In this document: piece by piece, positions 1 through 12,200 of the stretch | Numbering within the stretch: position 1 is the first letter of the stretch | How the letters are laid out: each line of letters begins with the position of its first letter | Assembly: GCA_001687465.1 (NCBI GenBank) | Contig: LVLI01000350.1 | Coordinates: forward strand, 62,001-99,655 | Source of the DNA: Halocafeteria seosinensis | Taxonomy: Eukaryota | Direction of reading: 5' to 3' | DNA: 37,655 nucleotides | The notes under the pieces: model-generated | The model's database searches: none | The model's input: only the letters and a program-made list of their open reading frames with translations | What the model was told of the DNA's origin: nothing | Position numbers and translations under genes: made by a program

Positions 1-626
1 ATGAAGCTCGTCCATGAACTCTTGTTTAAGTTTTTCATCGACCTTGGGGTCGAACTGCGGTCATTCACGGTGAAGTCCAAAACAGCATGAACCTGCTCCC
101 AAGTATTACGTACCAATGACTTGATAGCAACAGATTTCCCCTTCCATGTGCCTTTGTACACTAGCGCAAACCCACCTCCTCCGATTCGTGGACCAAACTT
201 CACTTCGTCGGGACTCACGTCGTTCCATAAGGCTCGCTCCTCGACCTTCTTATTCCCGTCTCCCATTAGCGTTTCAAACGAAACTGGAAGAGCATCAGTT
301 TCTTTCTGCGTCCTTGTGTTCTGCCTTTCCTGGGAATTGGAGTGCCTCTCGTTCCGATCCGAGTCATCACGTAAATGAGCCTGTTCCAAAGACTTGGCCA
401 CTGCTGTTGCGCTGGCTGCTTCCCCTACTCCCGAAGTGTTAGCAGTGCGGACAGACGCTCCATGAGCTTCTCCACCTCTCTGGTCACTATTGGCACCTTC
501 TGGGCTCTTTTGTTCGGACGCCTTTGGACTGCTGGAAACTTGTTCATCCTCGTCATGCTCGAAATCATCCTCATAATCCTCCTCTTCTTCATCCGAGTGT
601 TCCAATTTTCGCTCTTCAGAAGACAT
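1..626 (-). CDS. TKL-like Ser/Thr protein kinase, 5' part (runs off the window start)
   Basis: Manual translation from ATG at 626: acidic N-terminus MSSEERKLEHSDEEEEDYEDDFE, then VSPDEVKFGPRIGGGGFALVYKGTWKGKSVAIK (Gly loop plus VAIK lysine), GT-AG intron 55-113, then FDPKVDEKLKQEFMDELH (helix C Glu). It is absent from the ORF track because there is no stop before the window edge. Confidence 0.9.
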   Translation of the reverse strand, partial: MSSEERKLEHSDEEEEDYEDDFEHDEDEQVSSSPKASEQKSPEGANSDQRGGEAHGASVRTANTSGVGEAASATAVAKSLEQAHLRDDSDRNERHSNSQERQNTRTQKETDALPVSFETLMGDGNKKVEERALWNDVSPDEVKFGPRIGGGGFALVYKGTWKGKSVAIKSLVRNTWEQVHAVLDFTVNDRSSTPRSMKNLNKSSWTSF

Positions 627-1091
627 TTTATTCCAACCCAACGCAGTCAGACAACGACCTCCTCTTATCTACTGTATGTAGCATATTTACAATCCTATTT
701 ATGTCAACAATTTATGAGAATGAGCTGTTATAGACCATTTAGGGCGCCAAGTTCACAAAGCTTTGTGAAGTCGCGCGCGTAATTCAGCAGGCATTCGTTT
801 GCGATGATATTATGCGTACAGGTATGGTCATAAAGCGTGAACAAAGTAGTTTCATGTTCATTACTTTACTTAGCGGGGGTGCATCGTGTTTTCGCTGTGC
901 AAACACAAAAAAGTTGTATTATGAGCTTGATCATAACCCCAGTTGCAAGTGTCACAGCTACGGTTTGTGAGATAACCTTGTCCTGCTGGATTTATGGGCA
1001 AAGCAAAGGCCATTAAAACTTTTGAGGGATAGTGGTTAAATACGGATCAGTCGTTCCGTGGAGGAAATGGATTCGACGCAGTGGCTGCAGT

Positions 1092-1854
1092 TCACACGTT
1101 GTCATCATCGAAAAGCCATCTGGTTCTGCGGGGATCCCGCGGACCTCTTCTTATATAGGAATCATGTCCTTCAGGGAGTTCTTTCTTGCTCACTGACGAC
1201 ATCATGCTTAATATAGAAAGAAGCTGCAAGGCAATGGACAACGAAGTGCATACGCCAGGTTGATTTCGTTGGCCACAATGGTAGTCTGTTCTTACGAGAG
1301 ACGAGACCCGGAGAGCGGGTGACCACTCGTCGTACAGAATACTCAAGCAGATCTGTAGTGGAAGGTGAAAATTGGGTGAAAGCACCAGGTTATGCACCAG
1401 ATGGCCACACGTACATGCCCGTTTTGATATATGTGCGGATGGACTGGGGGTTTGCCTTCGAATACCACGAGCTGCAAATAAGATGATTTTGTTGCGGTAA
1501 GGTAATCGATATTATTCCACATCTCAGTCTAAAATACTTACAGGTGGATTCATTGGATAGCCTTCCTCGAACCTGTCACCGTGACCAGAACGTAGGCCAC
1601 ATTAGTGTAATTTCGTCATCGCTGAAGTACGAACGGGTTGCAGGCACTTACTCAACACGAAGTTCAAATTCTTCCCCCTCATATATAGAATGTGGCGCCC
1701 CTTTCATCGTACATTTCCAGACCATTGGTACTTCCGAATTTGAAGGAGCCTTGGGATGAGGAGCGATCACGTTGATCCCTTCAATAGGCTCCTTCTGGAA
1801 ATCTCTAAGCTCCTTCGAAATGCGTTTGGCTGACGCTGACGCTGCTGCATTCAT
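1092..1854 (-). CDS. UBE2W: UBE2W-like ubiquitin-conjugating enzyme E2, copy A (5 exons)
   Basis: Exons 1652-1854, 1542-1572, 1415-1471, 1296-1352, 1092-1223, all GT-AG, give KRISKELRDF...YPMNPP...PVHPHIYQNGHICLSILYDEWSPALRV...RTRWLFDDDNV. HPH in place of HPN and the W-x-F/Y-x-DD tail are typical of UBE2W. Confidence 0.88.
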
Positions 1855-2272
1855 TTTAATGCTTCTTCCAGACTGAGGCACTGTATGTAACTGTTCTGTT
1901 GGCAATCTTGAATATCCCAAGAATTTTTTCTCGCACACCCAAGCTTCAGCCGTATCAAGTGTAGAGTGCCTGTCGGTACACACTCCTCAAAACGCGATGG
2001 ATGCTACGTATACTATGGCTTTACCTATTCATTCGAAAACTTCTTTGCTCCAATGGTCCCTATAACCAATCCATACTGACGGAAAATGTTGGTTATTATC
2101 CAGTTTCCAGCTGCACTGCTTCACAAAACGTGAACGCACACACTTCAAGTAACATGTGTACATTCAGACTCAGTATCGCTCAATACGCTTCAGACTTTGT
2201 TGTAATGAGCAAAGACGATCGTCTACAGGATGATGGTTTGGTCCAAAGGCTATGAAATGAAGTGGATTACCC

Positions 2273-2294
2273 ATATATATATATATATATATAT
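2273..2294. repeat. (AT)11 microsatellite
   Basis: Perfect AT run read directly between the two E2 genes. Confidence 0.9.
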
Positions 2295-2356
2295 GGTAGG
2301 GAATCGGCTACAGCTCCGCCATCGAGATCCCAAATTGTCTGATTTACATAGGCTGT

Positions 2357-3067
2357 CTACGCTGTATCGTCCTCGAATTCCCATGTCGTATTAGCCGGGT
2401 TCCGTGGAGCAGTCAGCATGTACAACAAATGGCCTTCAGGAAGTTCCTTTTTCGTAGCCGATGACAGCATGCTTTGCAACGACAATAGCTGGGGTGCACA
2501 TTACCATTGTGAGATGACGAGAGAGACGAGTACAGTAGTGTATGGTCTTAGTTCTTACCACGGAAGAGACGCGGAGTGCTGGAGACCAGTCTTCAGCCAA
2601 TATTGAAAGACATATATGGCCNTTCTGATAGATGTGCGGGTGAACAGGCGGGTTTCCTTCGAATACGACAATCTGCAACATGATTGCAACCATGTGACTC
2701 TCGAGCTGCATATGCTGATGGTGATTTAAGTATCTCACTGGGGCAACCATTGGATAATCTTGAGGAAATCTGAAAGGAATTTACGAAGAAGAATTCTTCC
2801 CGTGGCAGGAATTCAAGGGTGCATGACACACTGCACTTACTCGATTTTCACATCAAACCTTTCTCCTTCATAAAGTGTCTCTTTTGCTCCATGCAGAGTG
2901 CATTTGATGACTGTAGGAGCCAGGGAATCGAATTTTGCTGTAAGAGGTTTCATATGAATTCCTTCAATTTCTTCAGTTTTCATGTCCTCCAACTCGCGGA
3001 GAATTCTTCTAGCCGTGATGGGGCTCAATGCGTTGGCATGGCTCCCCTGTCGATGACTGAAACTCAT
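2357..3067 (-). CDS. UBE2W: UBE2W-like ubiquitin-conjugating enzyme E2, copy B (4 exons)
   Basis: Exons 2841-3067, 2739-2769, 2559-2672, 2357-2488 give RRILRELEDM...FPQDYPMVAP...PVHPHIYQxGHICLSILAEDWSPALRV...TTWEFEDDTA. There is one ambiguous base at 2622. Confidence 0.85.
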
Positions 3068-3645
3068 CTTATGCTGGTGATTCTGCTTCTATTTGTGCTG
3101 TGCGCGAGCTATGCTCGTGTGGTTTGCGCTGTTGTGCACAACCCTGTCAATGGATGAATTCTTAATTTCCTTAACGAGAATTCCAGTATTTTAGTAAACT
3201 CTACTTGTGGATCTTCCTCTTCGTAGACTACGTAAACTACACACTATCAATAAACCATACATAAGTAAACTCTTATGCGCTGGCGGAGAAACGAGCGTGC
3301 CTCAGTGCAGGATCAATACAGGTACTTGTGCTTCTAGTGCCTTTGGATTGGCCGAAAAAAATGAGAATTCAGAATGCTGCACCACTTCTCCTGATTTAGG
3401 AATGTTGTCTTAATTGTTCTATGTTCGGAAGGTAAACGTCAATTGCTGCATGAGTGCTTGTCGGGGCCAGGAATGGGTTCACATTAACTAGTTAAACTCT
3501 CAGTTTCAAAGGAATTTAAAACGACTGAATAGACCGTGCTAAAACAGTGGGAACCGAAAGAATTTTTTGAGCACTTCCGGATCAAAATTGCGATGTGTGA
3601 ATATTATAGATCAAGAGTTAAACAGTAGTGCTTACAACCAAGTAT

Positions 3646-4412
3646 CTATTGCGTTCCGCCGCCTTGTTCTTCTCCAGCTTGCATTTTTTGCTGAAGTATC
3701 TGTTTGACTTGCTCAAGTTGATTCTGTTTCTGCCGAATATGATCCTGAAGTCTCTGTGTCTGTTTACTAAGATATTGCGATTTATTCGAGAGCAACTCCT
3801 TGGCAGCTTCGGTAGTCTTGGAGGCGTAATAACCGGTCCCTATATCCACGAGAACCCTGTCTGTACGATCAATTTGTCCCGGGACATACATGGATCCAGT
3901 TAATGGAACTAGAATTTCGTCACCTGTAAAATAAGAGAAGCGAAAGAAGAAACACCATGCACATAAGTACCTCTGTAAAACTTCTTTGCAGCATGGGACA
4001 TATCAATACCTTGCTGTCTCTCTGAGAAGAGATGTGTAGCCTGTTTTGAGTTCATGAAGCGATTTTGGGCCATTTTCAGGCTTCTGAAGTTCTCTGAAAG
4101 TGAATTAACATCCTGCATGATACAACAATCGGTGGAAAGTGATGAGACTATCAATATATAGGGCATAAATGGCAGCTTGATATCAGACTTCTCAGACTCA
4201 AATGAAGGCCGGAAGTGATCCCTTGTGTTTCCCTTCTTTATGAGGCATGTTGAGTGCCACAAACGCGGTATAGGAATGCAGCATACCTTCTGTAGCTGTT
4301 GATACACATTCTGAAGCTGCTGTAGGGACAACTGGGAGGGATCAATCATGTTATCTGTGGCCGTGCTGCTGGCAGCAGCTTCGGCCGTGGCTTCTCCTGT
4401 GGCTGAAGACAT
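3646..4412 (-). CDS. PFDN5: Prefoldin subunit 5 (alpha type), 3 exons
   Basis: Spliced product IDPSQLSLQQLQNVYQQLQK/DVNSLSENFRSLKMAQNRF.../EILVPLTGSMYVPG...VLVDIGTGYY carries the PFDN5 signatures ILVPLT-SMYVPG and VDIGTGYY. Confidence 0.93.
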
Positions 4413-4671
4413 TGTTTTCCACCCTCAGTCACTCGACTAACTAAATATATCCGAATATAATATGCATGCACACATCCACAAATCATGAACGGAGGACTTA
4501 AATGGCATCGTCTTTTTTTTTGAAATTCGAAAAGAGGGAACAAACATTTCGTTGGGTTGTTCGAAGGCACGTTTTATTCCACTACATACACGAAGTGCAC
4601 AATATGATTGACGGTACTTTCATACACGAGGGTGTCGTTATAGAGTACTGTATGGGGAAAGCGTCAACATT

Positions 4672-5872
4672 ATGATGAGTTCAGCTCGAAACAAGCTTCA
4701 AAAGCTTACGTCGAATACACTTCACGACGCCGCGAATTGCTTAATTCCAAGTTTCCATGGATCTCTACATAAAGGACAACACGGTACGTGTATCTTCGGT
4801 GCTAATGGCTAATTGCGATATTAAGAGACCGTTTTCGCTTCTGCAGGCAAAATAGCCGTGGTGGGAGGAAGCTTCGAGTACACTGGAGCCCCGTATTATA
4901 GTGCTGTTTCGGCTTTACGAACAGGCGCAGATTTAAGTTTTGTCATTTGTACAGAGGATGCCGCCACGCCCATAAAATCATACGATCCAGAACTGATAGT
5001 TCTTCCCCTGCTCAGGAAAACTGAACCCGACCCAGCCGATTCAGGCTCAACAACGGAGTCTAGCACGGAGCATTTGATCCCTTGGATTAGACGTATGGAC
5101 GCGGTAGTTATCGGGCCTGGTCTAGGAAGAGATCAGCAGACGCTTGAACTTATACATAACCTCATAAAGGATCTACAAGGGCTCGTAAGACAGTTTTGCT
5201 CAGCTTTCGGTTTCGGTTAGCTTAATCAACATTCGGGGAGGAGTGTGTATGCAGGATATTCCGATGGTCATAGATGCAGATGGCCTCTACTTGATAAGCT
5301 TGCATCCCACGTTACTCAAGACAGCGAAAGCAGTGTTAACTCCGAATAGAGTCGAACTGGCTCGATTATTTAAATCCGTCGATATTGAAGATAACCAAGA
5401 TACTTCACTGGAGAACCATCAGCATAACCTCTCCCAGCTGTCTAGCGCATACGGAGGCGCGACAGTGTTGCAGAAAAGTGAAATTGATACCATAGCCTCC
5501 ACAAACCACTCTGCGAGGGTACTGATCGACGGATCTCCGCGGCGGTGTGGAGGGCAGGGGGACATTCTCTCGGGGATTATCGCCTCCTTCCTTGGTTGGG
5601 CCAATAGAGCTAATGCAAGGGAGATGGAACAGAATGTGATGGCAGCTGCATGGGCTGGATCGGCAATAACGCGCATGGCAGCTCGGTTTGCATTTGCGGA
5701 ACGCAAACGATCAACTACAACCCCCGATATGCTTTCTCAGATTGGAAAAGCATTTGAGAGCGTATTTCCCACGTCTCTGGGCTACAGCAAAGAAGCGATC
5801 GAGTTATTCTCAGAACCAACTCTAGCTTGGCTTAGCGAGGACCCTGAATCTGATGGCGCGACTCAGTTTTAG
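4672..5872 (+). CDS. NAXD: ATP-dependent (S)-NAD(P)H-hydrate dehydratase (YjeF C-terminal/CARKD), 3 exons
   Basis: Motifs HKGQHG/KIAVVGGSFEYTGAPYYSA..ALRTGADL, VVIGPGLGR, VIDADGL, LTPNRVE, GSPRRCGGQGDILSG. Confidence 0.95.
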
Positions 5873-5873
5873 T

Positions 5874-8616
5874 CTAAATCCGTCTCCGTTTTTTCTTCTC
5901 GTGTTTTCCTAATTTGGATTGGGTTTTCAGATGTTTTCTGATGGCCTTTTGCTGTTTGGCAAGACTGGTCTTCAATTTGGATTGTACTGATTGACTCTTT
6001 CGAATCATCATGTAATTCTTCATCCTTGAATTCTCACGATTTGTCAGACCGCCTTTTCGTTCCTTCGGCTTCCACTTTTGTTGTTTCTCCTTTTCTCGTT
6101 CGGCAGCGTTGGCCTTTGCAGCTCGTCTCTTCAACAGGGATTCAGCCTCTAGTGAATCCGGATCTACAACTTCAATAGGATTAGAAAACGTTGCTCCAGG
6201 AACCTTTCGCTCTGCGTCGCTGTCACTATCCTCGTCCTCTTGTTCTGTCGTTGCGGCTTCATCAGCAAGCGGTTTACCTGCGGCGCTCAAAGTAGATGCC
6301 TTCGCCAGCGATTGCTCTCTGGATGTGGACACTTTGCGACGTTTGCTTTTCTTCTTCGGTTTTTCTGCTGCTGTAGCGGATTCTCGAGCTTTTTGCAAGG
6401 TGCTGAAATCTTCGTCGGTGAGCAGCTGGTTCGCCTCTACTCTGCTTCGCTTACGATTGTCGCGGCTGCTTTTTGAAACAGAATTTGTATCCTCGGAGTT
6501 GATTACACCCGCCTCGTCCGCCTCAGACTCTCCTGTCTCTTGTTGTTCGGCGTCACTCACAGAGTCATCTGCAACGTTTTCTCCTTCAGAATCTTCGTCT
6601 TCGCTGTCTTCCTCTTCGCTATCGTCGCCACGCTCGGATCCAGTCCCTTCATTTTCTTCATCCATTTCATCCTCTGAGCTCTCGTCTCCCTCCGCAAGCA
6701 CTTCTGTTCCAGCGATACCACCAGCTACAGCCCCAGCTCCGTACGAGATAGGACGAGCGGAAGGGTCATGGTCTCGGCCTCTATCTTTCCTGTGTAACAG
6801 AGTCGGGTGGTTTTCCCGGACGAAGTTAAGGAGTGACCGTGCAGCCATCACAACTCCTTTGCTGGTTTTATGTCTTTTATATCCGACAAGATCTCGAACA
6901 AGGTCCTCGATATAATCTTCTTCCAATATTGATGGAGTCTTCGTCATTACGGCCCTAATCACATTTATCCCCACTTGAATCACTTCGTCCGGACAGCGAT
7001 CGGACACGAAGTTGTCAGCAATTGAACGGATTATCGGTATCAGTTCCGAAGGGGGTACCAAATCATGACATCCTTGCACCAGATACGCCATTACCTCGGT
7101 GACATGTTCCTGATGGGCCGTTAAGTACCGTTGCAGGAACGAATACAGATTCAATACGATTAGCCGATGTTGTCCCACAAGCAGCGATACTAAGTTTAGT
7201 TGCAACAGTCTCACCTCAAATTTGTGAACGGATTTACGCACCTCGTTGAGCATTTTCTCTGCCAAGGTTTGGGGATCATGAATCAACTGAATAGCAGGAA
7301 AGGCAGCTACTGTTACTTTCTTGTCTGTTCCCCGTTGCCTCATCTTTTCAATGATGCGCTGAGCTTGGCGCTTGCGTTTCCTTGTGCGTTTCGAGTGAGT
7401 TTGCATTTTCTGAAGCTCCTTCTTCGTCATATTTTTTGGGTTAGAAGCATCGCTTTTCCTCTTATCTTCGTCTTCTTCATCGCTCTCTTCTCCTTCATCA
7501 CTTGAATCATATACTCCCAGGAAGAACTTTATCGCAGGAACCACAAGCCTTGTATACGAGCTTAGACAAGCTTTTGCTACAGCATTGACAGTTCTCGAGT
7601 CAGTCCATATCTTCCGTCGGTATACTTCTATTAGAACATCCAGACTTCGACGTGCAGCCGTAACATTTTCATCGGTAATCATCGTGTACATGTACGATTG
7701 AAGCTGTCTGTTCACGTGGTCTACTGTTTGACCTTGGGGAATCAATACACTGGCTGTTTTACTGTTTCCGAAACCTTTCGCTTTCTTATTTTTTTGGGCT
7801 CGTCGAGTTCCCGTAGAATAGTTCATGTTCTTAACATCTGATACAATGTGGGAATATACCAGCTCTCTTAGCAGCTTGTCTTGTATTCGAAATAACTGCA
7901 GGTAGAGACAGACGTTTTTGTTCGGTTTGCTCATGATAGCCCTCTTGAAACTTCTTTCCAGAGAACATACCTTAAAAAACAATTTTAGCAGGGGAATCGG
8001 CTCTATGAAACCACGGTTGCGCATTATCATTAAACATTGTACAATCGTCTTCCGGGTGTCTCCCTCCAGAATCGAGCCATGCTCTTCAATTAAATCCATT
8101 AGTTCCTTGGGAAAATCGCGCAGTCTCTGCAAGTTAAAACAGAGAGAAAATACAACATCGCTAACTTGTCTAAGCTAATAGCATCGTTGGAAATGTAATG
8201 ACGTACTTCCGGATAACATGGTGTCACATGACTGAGGAAGTTCACGAGGTCCTTAAACGACTGCGAGTCCTTGGATGGATGAAGCTTGAATATCTCCAGT
8301 TCCGCGCGATAATTTTGGTACTGCACACGTAAGAGAACGCCAGAAGCAGTCATTACACGTAGTGAATGCATTAAATAAGCCAAATGAAGCTCTTGTGAAC
8401 TTGAAGTTTACCTGTAGCTCAAACTCTTCCGTGTATGCATCTGGGTCCCTTTTGATGAGATTCTGCAACCACAGTAATGAAGACAACACGTCAATGAACC
8501 TACGTTCCTACTGATTGCGCGATGTGGAACCTTACTTGGAGCTGAGGAAGCTTTTCTAGGAGACTGGCTGAGTGGTCGGCTGCGCTGCCGTCTGTGTTTG
8601 TTTGACTGCTTGCCAT
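5874..8616 (-). CDS. SDAD1: SDA1 60S ribosome biogenesis protein (multi-exon)
   Basis: ATG at 8616; LPQLQ/NLIKRDPDAYTEEF, FLSHVTPCYP, AIQLIHDPQ, HDLVPP, NFVSDR, KGVVMAARSL, P.LLHRKDRG, acidic tail and TNREN.R.KNYMM C-terminus. Confidence 0.95.
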
Positions 8617-9241
8617 TTTCGGTGAGAGTGAATGCTGCTGTCCTTACACCAAACTATTGAAAAAATAATAGAATATGCAGTTTCGTGTATTGCAACAACA
8701 ACAACAACCTGACTTGCTATACCAATGGTACCCGAGTAGTCTACTCGTCTCTTCGGGTCCCGCGGCCCTGCGAACCCCCGGATCGAAAATCAAGGAAATG
8801 TGAACTAGGTCTATCGAGGATCTGCACCTTTCATATTCGTCGTGTGGAGTCAAATTTTTATGTTGCATCCAAAAGCACCGGTAGCTGACCGTTTTCTTCT
8901 GTTCTTGCGAAGAAATTGCACTCCCCGGGTCTGTCTACCTTCCGCTCAGCATTCTTGATGTGGCCATCCTTGATTTACAGTAAAATGTCAAGTCTTCTAA
9001 ATTTGTCTCAGGCGACAATAAAGCACAGAATCATCTGTAGCAAATTCGAGTATCTTTCTCTTACTGTTTTCCTGAAGGTCCCTTGTTAAAACTACCATCT
9101 CCTGGTACACTTTCATACAGTATGAATGAATCATACATGTCTTCGGGGGGGAAGTTTAGAGTACGCTATTCAACTCATCGTGCTCTCCCTTCGTACTTTG
9201 GATAGCGCTTCAAGCACTGAAGTCCTGAGTGGGCAGCTTCC

Positions 9242-12200
9242 TCACCTCACATCATCCTCAACTATCGCTACACTAGCAAATCTTTGGTTACCATTGATTG
9301 TTAACCCACCGGGAGCAAACAAGTGCACTGCAAAACGCCTTTCACAACCATCCGCTTTTACGGCGTCATTCATTATGCGTATAACGATATGACGTTCCCT
9401 TCTTAAGGGAGTAAAGTGAAGGACGCCTGCCCGCTGTTCATAATGGCCGCAGTCACTAGGCTCTCGGTCTTCGATTGGCAGTGCCAAGCAGTAATCAAAT
9501 TTTTCCTGACTGACTCCTTGAGCTGTTATGTCTCTAGTTGCATAGGAGACATGCAAAACCTCCGTGATATCTTCGTGCACATATACGGGAAGAACAAATA
9601 TGCCAGTGGTTATGTTTTCTTGTACCCGATAGTTGCTATAAGTGAGGCCGAGAGCGCCGCTGGGATACTCCTGGAAATGAATGTTATAATAAGGGTTTGA
9701 GACGTATTCATGAGAGTGGTTTGGTGCGTTCATGTCCAAGATAGGCGAAAGGACATTCGTATTCATGAATGTCACTTCTCCCGAATCTCTCCAACCGGAG
9801 CCCGCAGTTCCCTCTGGATAACCAATCAGGAGCGAGCTGCCATTAAGCTGTATGGTTGAGTGGCCTGGCCCCGCCACATAAAACGGAAAGCTGATGATAT
9901 CGTTCGGGTACATCGAAGGCCACGTCGCTTGACGTATGAAGCGATCTCTAGCACCACGTACAGTATCTAACTTGCGGAAGACAAATATCCTGTTACTCTC
10001 GTGCTTTCCACGTTGCTCACCACCTTCCACATTATACTTGTGTACTTGGTCGAAAAAATCATCCAGCCATTCCGTCGGCCTCAGACGGAAAGGTGTAAGC
10101 GTGGCCAAAACAGTGGGTGTGGGTGCTGGTGAGGCTCCCATCTTTGGGGAAGCCGATGCACATGGCGGTCTAGCTGTAGTGGTAGACGAAGATGACGGAA
10201 CTGGAGACGGGGACGCTCTCATTCGGTTTGCCGCTCTGTGTGGGAAGCGAGCCAATTCCCTCAGCAAGTCTCCACCCGCCCCGGTGATGGAGTTCGCTTG
10301 TATTGTCAAGTCTTGCAGCCGACTGCGGTACCCTTGATCAAGCAGTGAGGTATCAAGGATAGAAGCCAAAGCATGTTCTTGCTCGCTGAGACTTATGGAT
10401 TGTTCCGCTGCATCGTCAATAACAGTGCTAAAGGCAGATCCTACGGTAGACCAGCCATTTGACCAGCCATAATTGTTGTGTAGCTTCCGGCTAGGGAACA
10501 GTGGATACTGGTCAAACTCGAATGACGAGGACTGACGGAGTGTTGTACTGGAACGATGTCGTTCTATTGTCTGCTCGCTGCTGAAGGTCCTTAAATCTCC
10601 GGGAAATGGTACCCAAAAGAAAAATGCCTGTGGTACAATTGTTTCCGTTACTACGAGCAGCTTGGTGCTGCTGCTAACGGCCACACTTGTTCCGAAAGCC
10701 GCCGTATCTCTCATATCGGGAGATCGGAATTCCTGGTCAAACTCCCATGTACACTCTATACTTCTACTCGTGGCAGCAGCTCTGCATTCAGGATCCGCCA
10801 CTTCCTGAGCTGACAGTTGCCAAGCGTATACCGCACCTGCATCAAGGACCTCAGTAAATTTGCCAATTTCCCAGGAAAAGTGAAAGTCATCTACGTTGAT
10901 GTGCCCCCATGGCGTGAAACTGGCAAAGTCAACAACCTGAATTACTCCAGTTCTTCCTCGATGATTGTTAACGGACCAATGGATCCGACGCATGTACTCA
11001 CTGCAAGTTCCTGTGGACCGATACTCTATAACTCCATCAATGATAAGTTGAACAAATGTAGATTGCATGCTACACCCCCCTCCTACGAGGAACGAAATGG
11101 CATCCCCACGGATAAGAAAGGGAGGACTTGTCAAAGCTCCTACAGGCGCGTCACCCTGTACAGTACCAGCAATGGTATCCACAGAAGAGCGATTCTCGTA
11201 CGTTCCAAGCCAGTATTTGCCAGCGAGTCCTGATGAAGCAGAGTAAGCTACTGTTGAATCCTGGAAAGGGTAGACAGGACGAAAGCCAACGTTGTCCTCA
11301 TACGTGGGCTGTGTTCGAAACGCTTGGCCCTCAACATTCCACCCTCTGAGTGTACCATCTTCGAAATCCCAGGATACATCAGGAGAACTGCACAGACCAG
11401 GTGCCCCTATCACAAGATCAAAAGAGGTCACATCAAAGGAATACCCAAAGCTACTACCTAGTTGCCCAGAAGGATTGGTGAAACGGTTGACATTAACGAG
11501 GACTGCAGGGCAAGCTTGATTCTCAGTTCCAATGACTTGGGGATCAGATACCGAGGACGCAGTCCATCCTAGAGTATCCTTCCAACCTAAGTCAGCAGCC
11601 AGTGCTAGAGTGCGTTCAGGATCCCAAGATGCTTCAGGATTTCCTACGGTGGAGTAGTCACAATCGGCCAAAAAATATTGATATACCGCGCCAGTGCTCA
11701 TTGCTCTGTTACTTGCTGCATCGTCGTCTATCTCAGATGATGAGTTCCACTGGCTAGGAATGTTCCCACTTCTAGCATAGGGAGCCGATATGTACAGTGA
11801 TCCATCCATTGCTTTGACAACGTGCCCAAAGTGATCACTCACCACTTCTTCTTCTTCGATCAGCTTGTACTCCCGGAAGTCTGGGGATCGTATGACAGCC
11901 GTCTGGCTCCCATTCAATTTTCTAGTGTAATTGTCGTACGAAACGTCAAACAGGAAGACTGAACTCTTCCCCGGACACCCAAGAGCTACTCTTAGGGACG
12001 CCCCTTTTTCCTGGAGGATAGCGAGCGTTCCACTGTCCCCACACCGGTCGTAGGATTGGACTTGACGAGCAGGCTTGGGAACCATGTTGATTCCTTCTGC
12101 GAGACGTGGGAACATTACTGCCGTGAGAGTATCCCATCCTGGGGTTTCAAGGCGGGTCACTGTGACGGCGACCGAGCCCGGTGAACCCACAACAATCCAC

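Noticed and set aside
121..782. Plus-strand ORFs of 69-135 aa, one with a hydrophobic stretch
   Set aside because: Antisense shadows of the kinase; the hydrophobic run is the reverse complement of Glu/Asp codons.
2622..2622. Ambiguous base in UBE2W copy B
   Set aside because: Third position of a probable Asn codon; a sequencing ambiguity or heterozygous site, not a lesion.
6109..6915. 268-aa Ser-rich plus-strand ORF
   Set aside because: Mirror of the acidic SDA1 tail.
10100..10230. Pro/Ser/Thr-rich stretch in the giant protein that looked like a foreign insert
   Set aside because: It is in frame and has no flanking repeats or splice evidence; an ordinary low-complexity linker is the simplest reading.
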